From contig JAGOUB010000001.1 of NCBI GenBank assembly GCA_018061525.1, forward strand, positions 1 to 28,801: a stretch of DNA of 28,801 nucleotides, read 5' to 3'. The DNA is from Candidatus Peribacteraceae bacterium. GTDB lineage: Bacteria; Patescibacteriota; Gracilibacteria; Peribacterales; Peribacteraceae. Under the pieces are notes generated by a model, which had not been told where the DNA came from, searched no databases, and worked only from the letters and a program-made list of their open reading frames with translations. Of this stretch, positions 1 to 7,233 are shown one piece after another. Both the position numbers and the translations under genes were made by a program. Position 1 is the stretch's first letter; every line of letters begins with the position of its first letter.

Positions 1-129
1 CTCATGGCCTTCGTCAACCGCACCGGCGGCCTGCTCCTCAACACGAGCAACAAGACCGAGCTGGCCCTCGGCTACGGGACGCTCTACGGCGACCTGTGCG
101 GCGGAATCGCGCCGATCGCCAATCTCTGT
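1..129 (+). pseudogene. nadE: NAD+ synthetase (NadE) internal fragment; 5' end outside the window, C-terminal part apparently missing
   Basis: Frame 1 reads [42 protein letters not shown], the NadE T[GS]NK[ST]E..GY.TLYGD motif. Similarity stops at about nt 129 and the rest of ORF 4..459 shadows the response regulator. Confidence 0.7.
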
Positions 130-146
130 TCTGGTACGATCCGGCC

Positions 147-524
147 GTGGCGACACTCCTCATCGTCGATGACTCCGCCGAGAAGCGCGCGATGCTCCGC
201 TCCGCTGCCGCCCGGCGCTGGTCCGGCGCGGTGCGCGAGGCGGCTACCACCGACGAGGCGCTCGCGCTCCTCCCCTCGCTGCCCGACGTGGCGGCGGCCT
301 TCATCGATTACTACATCCCGGCGGCAAACGGCCCCGCCGTCATCCGCGTCGTGCGTGCCGCGTTCCCGCGCGCCAAGATCGCGCTCGTCAGCTCGGCCGA
401 CAATCGTGACAACGCCGCCGAGGCCATCGCCGCCGGCGCCGACGAGATCGTGTGCGTGAGCTTGCCCGGAGCGGCCGAGCGGCTGGGTGCCCTGCTGACG
501 GAGTGGGAGGCGGAGATCGCATAA
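147..524 (+). CDS. Single-domain response regulator (receiver domain)
   Basis: TLLIVDD acidic pocket, FIDYYIP phosphoacceptor Asp, ALVSS, AGAD. GTG start chosen at 147, 6 nt after TACGAT (135-140). Confidence 0.85.
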   Translation: MATLLIVDDSAEKRAMLRSAAARRWSGAVREAATTDEALALLPSLPDVAAAFIDYYIPAANGPAVIRVVRAAFPRAKIALVSSADNRDNAAEAIAAGADEIVCVSLPGAAERLGALLTEWEAEIA

Positions 525-597
525 TGGACATAAAACATGAAGTGTGTTTCGATGGCGCATCTTTCACTTTCAACGTCGGAATTTGAGGAGTCTATCG

Positions 598-1020
598 ATG
601 ACAGGTCTTCAGTTCGCGTTCTTGGCGATGGTCACGACGGTGTGCCAGCACTTCGCGCTGCGCCGGATCGGTTGCTCGCCCGGAATCACGATGCTCACAG
701 CGGTTGTGGTAGTAGTGGGCGGGATGTTGGCAGTCCGGTACGAACCGCTCCGACTACCGCTCGGCCTGCGAGGCTGGGTGTTCTGGATGCTGCTCGGAGT
801 CTTCCTCGGTGCCACCCGCTTCTTCATCGCTAAGTCGTATCAGGCGGGAGCTGGCGAAGCTGTGGTCATCACCGTGCTCAGCATGGCACCGGTTGTGAGC
901 GCCTTGCTTACCGGAATAATTGAATGGCGCTGGCCGACCCTTCGTGAGCTGGTCGCGGCTTGCCTGGTCACCGCCGCTGTCATGGTCCTGGTGTTAGGGA
1001 AGGAGCCGCCGACCAAGTGA
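598..1020 (+). CDS. Small DMT/EamA-like membrane protein
   Basis: 140 aa with 4-5 hydrophobic segments and an EamA-like ending (VLSMAPVVSALLTGIIEWRWPTLRELVAACLV). GAGGAG SD 7 nt before ATG 598. Confidence 0.65.
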   Translation: MTGLQFAFLAMVTTVCQHFALRRIGCSPGITMLTAVVVVVGGMLAVRYEPLRLPLGLRGWVFWMLLGVFLGATRFFIAKSYQAGAGEAVVITVLSMAPVVSALLTGIIEWRWPTLRELVAACLVTAAVMVLVLGKEPPTK

Positions 1021-1025
1021 GGATC

Positions 1026-1047
1026 GGGCCTGTCGTGAGACAGGCCC
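1026..1047 (+). terminator. Intrinsic terminator hairpin
   Basis: GGGCCTGTC-gtga-GACAGGCCC followed by ATTTGTT, just after the stop at 1020. Confidence 0.7.
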
Positions 1048-1076
1048 ATTTGTTGCGCCTGTGTTATCGTGTTCCT

Positions 1077-2183
1077 GTGCGCATCCTCTTCACCCGCTTC
1101 CCGCTCGAAAGCGCGCTCGGCGGCGCCGAGATCCAGACGCTCGCGCTCATGGAGGGACTCCGCGCCCGCGGCCATGAGGTTTCCTTCCTTGGCAGTTGCC
1201 CGGTCCTGCTGCGCCTCACACGCGAGGCCGGTTTCGCCGCGTTGGCGCTTGATGTCGGCGAACCGCCGGTGAGCGCCAAACTCGCGGCCAGCTTCGGCTG
1301 GCGCCAGCGCCGAATGCGCGCCGCGCTCGAGCAGGCGTTGGCCGATCTGCCCGCACCCGACGCGGTCTGCATGCTCAGCCTCAGCGAGAAACTACTGCTC
1401 ACCGCGCCTCTCGCAGCCCGCGGCGTGCGTGTCCTCTGGATCGAGCACGACCGCCTGGGTCGTTGGCTCAAGATGAATCCCTGGCGCCCGCGTCTGCGCC
1501 ACCTGGCGCCGCTGGCCACTACCGTCGCCGTCTCGGAGCTGAGCCGCCGTCTCTACAGAGAGATGGGCTGGCCCGCCGATCACACCGTCGCCATCGGCAA
1601 CGGCGTCGATACCGACCGCTTCGCCGTCCTACCCCTGCCGCCGTCGCGCACCGGTCCGTTGCAGGTCGGCTGTGTTGCCCGCCTGACGCGCGACAAGGGC
1701 GTCGATCTGTTGGTCGAGGCCGTCGCCGGCCTGCCCGAGATCTTCCTGACGCTCGTCGGCTCCGGCCGTGATGAGGCCGAGGTGCGCGCTGCCATGGCCG
1801 CCGCCCGCGCCCGCGGCACCGACGTGGCGCTGCTGACGCCGCCGCTCGATACGGCCGAGTTCCTGCGTGAGCGCGACGTGCTCGTCCTCCCCTCGCGCGA
1901 CCACGACCCCTTCGGCCTGGTGGCCGCTGAGGCGATGGCTGCCGGCCGTGCCGTGATCGTCACCGGCGCCTGCGGTATCGCCGGCGAACTGCGCGACGGC
2001 GTCGACGCGCTCATCGTCCCGGCCGGCAACGCTGCCGCCCTGCGTGCCGCGATCGTCCGCCTGCGCAACGATGAAGAGCTGCGGCTGCGTCTCTGCGACA
2101 ATGCCCGCCAGACAGCCCTGGCGCGCTTCGGACTCCAGCCGATGGTCGAGGCCTACGAACGGCTGCTCACGCACAAAAAATGA
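1077..2183 (+). CDS. Glycosyltransferase family 4 (GT-B)
   Basis: GGAE N-terminal motif, GNGVDTDRF, VGCVARLTRDKGVDLL, DPFGLVAAEAMAAGRAVI. GTG start at 1077, 6 nt after TATCGT. Confidence 0.9.
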   Translation: MRILFTRFPLESALGGAEIQTLALMEGLRARGHEVSFLGSCPVLLRLTREAGFAALALDVGEPPVSAKLAASFGWRQRRMRAALEQALADLPAPDAVCMLSLSEKLLLTAPLAARGVRVLWIEHDRLGRWLKMNPWRPRLRHLAPLATTVAVSELSRRLYREMGWPADHTVAIGNGVDTDRFAVLPLPPSRTGPLQVGCVARLTRDKGVDLLVEAVAGLPEIFLTLVGSGRDEAEVRAAMAAARARGTDVALLTPPLDTAEFLRERDVLVLPSRDHDPFGLVAAEAMAAGRAVIVTGACGIAGELRDGVDALIVPAGNAAALRAAIVRLRNDEELRLRLCDNARQTALARFGLQPMVEAYERLLTHKK

Positions 2184-2206
2184 CCCGTCACACATGGTGA
2201 CGGGTC
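2182..2206. terminator. Hairpin terminator between convergent genes
   Basis: GACCCGTCAC-acatg-GTGACGGGTC. The preceding A-run gives a U-tail on the minus strand. Confidence 0.7.
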
Positions 2207-2235
2207 GGGGAGATGTTTCAACGAGCGAAGAAGGA

Positions 2236-2880
2236 TCAACAGTCGGGCGTGATCTGCATCATCAGCTGCAGCGCCAGGTTCGGCTTGCCCTTGCCACCGA
2301 TGGGCGGCGTGCCGGTATCGGCCTGGCCCTTGCAGCAGTTGTAGAACGTCAGCGTGGTCTGGAAGTGCTGCTCGAGGACGGGGCGGGCGTCGGCGGTGAA
2401 GAGCCTGCGGTACTGCTTGCCCTCGTCGCTGTGGGGCGGGAGGGTCAGCTCCTGCTGCTTCTCGGCGAGCTGGCGCTTGAGGGCGGCCATGCCCAGCGGC
2501 AGGTCGGCCTCGAGCTGCTCCAGTGTGACGGTCGGGATGACGAGGTCGCTCGTGCTGGCCACGGCGATGATGTGCTCACAGTGCAGGAAGGACATGTGCA
2601 CGCGCGGGTACTGCGGGCCGACGGCCAGCCAGAGGGCGTCGGTGAAGATGCGGCTGACCTGGGCGAGGATGGCGGGCTGCTTGTGCAGGCACTTCTTGAG
2701 CTGGAGCGGCGAACGCTCGGCCTCGGCCGCCAGCTGGTCGAGGAACTGGATGGCCAGCGGCAGGTCGCTGAACAGCGGGCCGTCATCCTTGCGGAAGAAC
2801 GGCAGCAGGTCGGCGTTGGTCGCCTGAGTCAGGTTCGGGAACAGGTTGGCAGCCGCGGCCGCCACGGTCGGGATCGACAT
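2236..2880 (-). CDS. Hypothetical protein (ORFan-like, 214 aa)
   Basis: Open frame with GC3-biased codons. AAGGAG SD 7 nt before ATG 2880. No family recognised. Confidence 0.65.
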   Translation of the reverse strand: MSIPTVAAAAANLFPNLTQATNADLLPFFRKDDGPLFSDLPLAIQFLDQLAAEAERSPLQLKKCLHKQPAILAQVSRIFTDALWLAVGPQYPRVHMSFLHCEHIIAVASTSDLVIPTVTLEQLEADLPLGMAALKRQLAEKQQELTLPPHSDEGKQYRRLFTADARPVLEQHFQTTLTFYNCCKGQADTGTPPIGGKGKPNLALQLMMQITPDC

Positions 2881-2942
2881 AGAAAACTCCTTCGGTCGGT
2901 GATGAGAAACATCGGACGATTGCCACGCACCATGCGCAGCCT

Positions 2943-3893
2943 TCAAGAGACGGCTGTCTCCTCAAGGCTGAGGACGGCCTCGTCCCAGTCGAACGAGGGG
3001 TCAATCTGATTCGCTAAGTCATGCCCGTGCGCAGCGTTCGCCCACGAGAGAGCGTTTCGGCGGTGGAACTCGTGTGCCAGCCGCGTGAAGCGTGCACCGT
3101 CACGACGCACCGTTCGGCGCAGGATTGCTTCCACCGCACCGCGGGCTGCGATCGGCAGGACGGCTGCATCCAGACCGCCGTCGCGCTCGCTGTCCTTCAG
3201 GGCTGGCACATGGGGAAAAGCGATGAACGGCTCACCGAGTTCGCGGCGCAAGAAGGCGACGTCAGCGTCGGTCTCCACCTTGTTGCCCACCACCACGCGC
3301 GGCAGACCGAACGCGTCGGCGTGTTCGCGATATTGCCGCCAGACGGCCAACGATTGGCGCGTGGGTTCCACGGCAAACACCGTCAGGTCGAAGCGCGTGA
3401 AGAGTCCCGAGGCCAGCATATCGGCGCCGGCGGTCATATCGACGAACGTTCGCTCGTCACCGCGCAACACCAGGTGGTTGAGCAGCAGTTCCACCGACCC
3501 GGTCTTGCCGTGATAGCAGCGCACGCCCACATCGTCCTCGTCCACCGCACCCGCCCGCAGGAGGCGGAGCGATCCGCGCTGGTCGGCTTCGGCGAAGAGC
3601 GGGTCATCGAGTCCGGCAATGAGGCCGGAGCCGCGTCCCGGGGGCGTGGTCTTGATCACGGGCGTGTCACCCGCGAGTCGGGCATTACTACCGCGGATAC
3701 GCTGCTTCAAGGTGGGCAGTCGCTCGTGGAGTGTCGGTGCGGCATTGGGCAGAGCGAGGAGATCGCCCAAGGTTTGGTTGAGGTCGGCATCGATCACCAG
3801 CGCGGGCCGGCCGGTTTCCGCCCATAGCAGCGCGCAGAGCGCCGCGAGGGTGCTCTTGCCGCTGCCGCCTTTGCCGAGGAATCCGATCACCAT
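2943..3893 (-). CDS. CooC/MinD-superfamily P-loop ATPase (actinobacterial CooC-like type)
   Basis: Deviant Walker A GKGGSGKST, IDADLNQ, KTTPPG.GS, CYH.KTG.VELLLNHL, DMTAG.D..ASGLFTRFD, GNKV. Confidence 0.85.
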   Translation of the reverse strand: MVIGFLGKGGSGKSTLAALCALLWAETGRPALVIDADLNQTLGDLLALPNAAPTLHERLPTLKQRIRGSNARLAGDTPVIKTTPPGRGSGLIAGLDDPLFAEADQRGSLRLLRAGAVDEDDVGVRCYHGKTGSVELLLNHLVLRGDERTFVDMTAGADMLASGLFTRFDLTVFAVEPTRQSLAVWRQYREHADAFGLPRVVVGNKVETDADVAFLRRELGEPFIAFPHVPALKDSERDGGLDAAVLPIAARGAVEAILRRTVRRDGARFTRLAHEFHRRNALSWANAAHGHDLANQIDPSFDWDEAVLSLEETAVS

Positions 3894-3901
3894 GGCTCCG
3901 C

Positions 3902-3940
3902 ATCATATGAATAACTTTTGCAAATGCAAGTATTTTGCAA
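3902..3940 (-). promoter_or_regulatory. Sigma70 promoter overlapped by an inverted repeat
   Basis: Minus strand TTGCAT-16 nt-TATGAT, 8 nt before the ATG. Inverted repeat TTGCAAA-N9-TTTGCAA at 3918-3940 covers the -35. Confidence 0.55.
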
Positions 3941-4059
3941 TTACTTCGGATCAGGATGAAGCGGATGGCTGGCCAAGGCCAAGGGTTCTTCGGGGTATCT
4001 CCCGAAAATCTTTCCGAAATCGGTCGGCGCCGGGCGGCCGATGCTATAGTGCGATCTCC

Positions 4060-6627
4060 ATGCTGACCTGCCTGACGTGCGCCGCGGTGGCGCTCCTCTC
4101 CGCCGCCATCCCACACCAATCCGTCCAAGATTTCCCGAACGGTATCGATGCCGTCTCGGTCGGATTCCAAGCGGAGACGCGCGCGGTCGCAGTCCGTCCC
4201 GTGCTGCCCGACGGCACGCGCGGCCAGTGGAGCGAGCTCGCGATCGAAAACGAGCAGGATCCGACTCTCGTCGAGAGCAACTTGGTGATGTTCCCACGCG
4301 GCGTCACGCGCGTGGAGTGGCGCGTATCGGGCGCGACGCCGGCGGTCCATCCTATCGTCATTTCCTCGGCGCTGCCGACCATCCAGATCGCCGCGATCAA
4401 CGAGGTCTCGTCGCCCTTCATCATGACGCGCTCGCAGTGGGGTGCCGACGAGTCCTTCTCTACCACCTCGGCCCGTCCCAGTACGGCCCCCGCGGCCGAT
4501 TCCGTCTCGGACGTGGGTGACAACGGCGGCAGTTCGCAGCGCGAGAAGGACTGCTTGGCCGACCAGACGAACTACCCGAACGAATTCAAAATTTCCTCTA
4601 CCTCACGCACGAACGCCGACGGCGACACGCTGCGCTGGCCGTGGCAGTACTCGCCCAAGGTGAAGCTCTTCGTGGTGCACCACACCGCCGGCCTGGTGAG
4701 CGGCGACGGCCGCAGCGGCCTCGAGCGCATGCGCGCCCTCTACCAATTCCACGCCAACAGCCGCGGCTGGGGCGACATCGGCTACCACTACATCGTCGAT
4801 GAATCGGGCCAGGTCTACGAAGGCAAGAGCGGCGGCAAGTCGGTGGTGGGCGGTCATGCCTACTGCCACAACGTCGGCACGATTGGCATTTCGCTCATGG
4901 GCAACTTCGACGAGGAGCGCCCGACACAGGCGCAGGTGAAGGCTTTGCAAAAGCTGCTCATGCTCTTGGCCGACAGCTACGACGTGGATCTTTCCAAGTC
5001 TGTTACCTATCACGGCGAGACGATGCCGGCCGTGGTGGGTCATCGCGACTTGCTCTCCACTGACTGCCCCGGCTTCGCGCTGTACGGCGTGTTGGACCAG
5101 GTGCGCAAGAACGTTCAAGACGGCGATGCGTCGTTGGGCGTCACGTTCCCGGCCTGGCCGGACGTGTCCGATAAGCCTCACGTCGACCAAGCCGAGCAGC
5201 GACGTCTGGACCGCCTGCGTGAGCGCGGCCTCACCGATCCTAGCCCATCGGCGTCGTCGTCGGCCTCGTCGGTCAAGAGGACCGGCTTCCACACCTATGC
5301 TTCCACCACGCTCACCGGCCGCCCCGGCATGCGCACGCTCGTCACGCTCACCTACGGCGCCGAGAAGACACTCCAGGCCGGCGCTTCGGGCGGCGACATT
5401 TCCCGTGCCGACGACGGCATTGGCCTCTGGTTGGCCAAGGGCGACGACCGCCAGCGCCTCAACCGCAAGGCCCTACTCCCCGAGCGCGTGCTCGCCGGAC
5501 AGAGCATCCCCGTCACCTTCGAGATCCAGTTCCCGGCCGAGACCGGCACCGACCGCCTGACCATCGGCGACCTGACGCTGACGCTCGTCACCGAAGGCCG
5601 TCGCATGCCCACCGCGCCGGGCCAGGTGCCGGCGTCTTCCTCCAGCCGCCGCTCGTCATCCTCGTCCATCCGCTCCTCGTCTTCGTCCCGCCCGCGCTCG
5701 TCGTCCAGCGTCAGCTCGTCGCGTTCGTCCTCGTCGAGCCGCTCAGCATCCTCGTCTCGGAGCTCCTCGTCCCGCGCCTCGTCGTCTTCCTCCAAGTCGA
5801 GCGTCACGCTGCCGAGCTCGACCATCCGCATCCGCCTGACGGCCGTCAGCGGCGGCGACACGGCCTCCGTCACCGTCCCCTCGGGCACCAACGTCGGCTC
5901 GTCCTCGGTCTCGTCGACCGCGTCGCTGGTACTCGCGCGCGACAACGGTGCCTGTTCCGTCATGCAAGGCCAGCAGACCGTCGCCTCGGCGGCCGTGGTG
6001 CGCCTGGCGCCCGGCGAGGGCAAATTCACAACCATCGGCGACCGCAAGTACCGCGGTGTCGTGGAGTGTCGCGTGATCGGCGACAAGCTGGTGGTGATCA
6101 ACGAGCTGCCGCTGGAGGACTACATGCGCGGCATCAGCGAAGAACCCGATACCGAGCCCTACGAGAAACAGCGCGCCTTCGCCATCGCCGCCCGCACGTA
6201 CGCCGCGTTCTACCTGAGCCCCGACAACCGCAAGTTCCCGGACATGCCCTACGACGGCAGCGACAGCCCGGCCGAGTTCCAGGCCTACGCCGGCGTCACG
6301 CTCGAAGAAAAGAACCCGCGCTGGCTCAAGGCCGTCGATTCCACCGCCAGCGAAGTGCTGACGGTCGGCGGTTCCATCATCAAAGCGCCCTACTTCTCCA
6401 GCGACGACGGCCGCACCCGCGCACCTATCGAGGCCGGCTGGAAAAGCTTCCCGCACGCCGAAGTGTTTTCCTCCAAAGACGATCCCTGGTGCGACGGCAT
6501 GACACTCCGCGGTCACGGCGTGGGCATGAGCGGCTGCGGCGCCGAAGGCCAGGCTAATGAAGGCAAAACGGCCGAGCAGATCCTGGGCTACTACTACCCG
6601 GGAACACTGATCAGCGTGGCGAAGTGA
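4060..6627 (+). CDS. Secreted N-acetylmuramoyl-L-alanine amidase (Amidase_2/PGRP-like) fused by a Ser/Arg-rich linker to a SpoIID/LytB domain
   Basis: Signal-peptide-like N-terminus. Amidase motifs VVHHTAG, GWGDIGYHY, GGHAYCHN, GISLMGNF, VVGHRD..STDCPG. SpoIID motifs YRG..E, VINELPLEDYMRGI.EE, AIAARTYA, FQAYAG, GHGVGMS, EQILGYYYPGT. ATG 4060 lies 9 nt after TATAGT. Confidence 0.9.
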   Translation: MLTCLTCAAVALLSAAIPHQSVQDFPNGIDAVSVGFQAETRAVAVRPVLPDGTRGQWSELAIENEQDPTLVESNLVMFPRGVTRVEWRVSGATPAVHPIVISSALPTIQIAAINEVSSPFIMTRSQWGADESFSTTSARPSTAPAADSVSDVGDNGGSSQREKDCLADQTNYPNEFKISSTSRTNADGDTLRWPWQYSPKVKLFVVHHTAGLVSGDGRSGLERMRALYQFHANSRGWGDIGYHYIVDESGQVYEGKSGGKSVVGGHAYCHNVGTIGISLMGNFDEERPTQAQVKALQKLLMLLADSYDVDLSKSVTYHGETMPAVVGHRDLLSTDCPGFALYGVLDQVRKNVQDGDASLGVTFPAWPDVSDKPHVDQAEQRRLDRLRERGLTDPSPSASSSASSVKRTGFHTYASTTLTGRPGMRTLVTLTYGAEKTLQAGASGGDISRADDGIGLWLAKGDDRQRLNRKALLPERVLAGQSIPVTFEIQFPAETGTDRLTIGDLTLTLVTEGRRMPTAPGQVPASSSSRRSSSSSIRSSSSSRPRSSSSVSSSRSSSSSRSASSSRSSSSRASSSSSKSSVTLPSSTIRIRLTAVSGGDTASVTVPSGTNVGSSSVSSTASLVLARDNGACSVMQGQQTVASAAVVRLAPGEGKFTTIGDRKYRGVVECRVIGDKLVVINELPLEDYMRGISEEPDTEPYEKQRAFAIAARTYAAFYLSPDNRKFPDMPYDGSDSPAEFQAYAGVTLEEKNPRWLKAVDSTASEVLTVGGSIIKAPYFSSDDGRTRAPIEAGWKSFPHAEVFSSKDDPWCDGMTLRGHGVGMSGCGAEGQANEGKTAEQILGYYYPGTLISVAK
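5635..5802 (+). repeat. Low-complexity Ser/Arg-rich linker coding region
   Basis: Encodes SSSSRRSSSSSIRSSSSSRPRSSSS...KSS with mixed TCN/AGY codons. Confidence 0.85.
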
Positions 6628-6912
6628 TTACTTCGGGCAGTTGAGCGCCTTGCGCCAGCCCGCGTCCTTCGCCTCCTTCTCGGTGCAGAACCAGCGCTCG
6701 CCCTTGGCCGTATCGATGATCGTGGCCTTGTACGAGGTGCAACCGGCGACGTGGTAGATCTTCTCCTTCTTCTTGTCGGTGGAAATGTTGCCCTTGATCA
6801 GGCAGCTCTGGCTGCTGGAAGACGATGACTTGGCGGACGAGCTGCTCTTCGCTGCGAGCGCGGTCGAAGGACTGAGGACAACGAGAACGGCAAGAAGGGA
6901 GAGGAGGCGCAT
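6628..6912 (-). CDS. Small secreted protein with a sunset/Ada-like (ExoI or thermonuclease C-terminal type) domain
   Basis: Signal peptide, Ser linker, then CLIKGNI...KIYHVAGC.SY..T.I....GERWFCTE.EA..AGWRKA. Confidence 0.8.
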   Translation of the reverse strand: MRLLSLLAVLVVLSPSTALAAKSSSSAKSSSSSSQSCLIKGNISTDKKKEKIYHVAGCTSYKATIIDTAKGERWFCTEKEAKDAGWRKALNCPK

Positions 6913-6958
6913 GCGCAGATCCTAGCATGTTCTGAATAATTCCATTGTAAAACAGCGT

Positions 6959-7113
6959 GGCCGCCTCGTTGTGGTGCCGTCGCGCGATTGGCGAAGCTGT
7001 CCGCGAATAGTGGCGGCGCAGGTTCGAGGCCGCGCGACTCAAGAGAGGCGCGGCCGAGTTTGCGCCGCCCGCGGACCGAGCCATTTCGCGCAGGCAACAC
7101 AACGTCAGCGGCC
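6959..7113. ncRNA. Candidate structured ncRNA or palindromic repeat element (155-nt imperfect rod)
   Basis: Nested complementary blocks: GGCCGC/GCGGCC, CGTTGTG/CACAACG, TGCC/GGCA, GCGCGA/TCGCGC, TGGC/GCCA, GTCCGCG/CGCGGAC, GGCGGCGCA/TGCGCCGCC, GGCCGCGC/GCGCGGCC. Intergenic. The structure is clear but its identity is not. Confidence 0.5.
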
Positions 7114-7124
7114 TGTTTCTTTCT

Positions 7125-7151
7125 CCACTTTCTTTGCGCCAAAGAAAGTGG
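7125..7151. repeat. Perfect 12-bp hairpin next to the rod element
   Basis: CCACTTTCTTTG-cgc-CAAAGAAAGTGG, preceded by TGTTTCTTTCT. Confidence 0.75.
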
Positions 7152-7233
7152 ATACCGTTGGCTGTCGCCAGCCTAAAAGTTGCAGGCTAAATAGTGGCAT
7201 GACGCCTGACCGGAAAGGATATACTGACCCCCG

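Noticed and set aside
546-555. TGTTTCGATG shared in opposite orientation with the NUDIX-like gene leader (about 20686-20695)
   Set aside because: A single 10-mer match in inconsistent orientation is too weak to call a motif.
3960-4045. GGCCAA direct repeat and small hairpins upstream of the amidase gene
   Set aside because: They are short and GC-rich, as expected by chance, and no riboswitch consensus is recognisable.
3619-4059. N-terminal extension of the 1002-aa ORF
   Set aside because: It overlaps the opposite-strand CooC-like gene. The signal peptide and -10 box point to ATG 4060.
6959-7113. SRP (4.5S) RNA or tRNA identity for the rod
   Set aside because: There is no GNRA-capped helix 8 with the CAGG/AGCA internal loop on either strand, and no cloverleaf.
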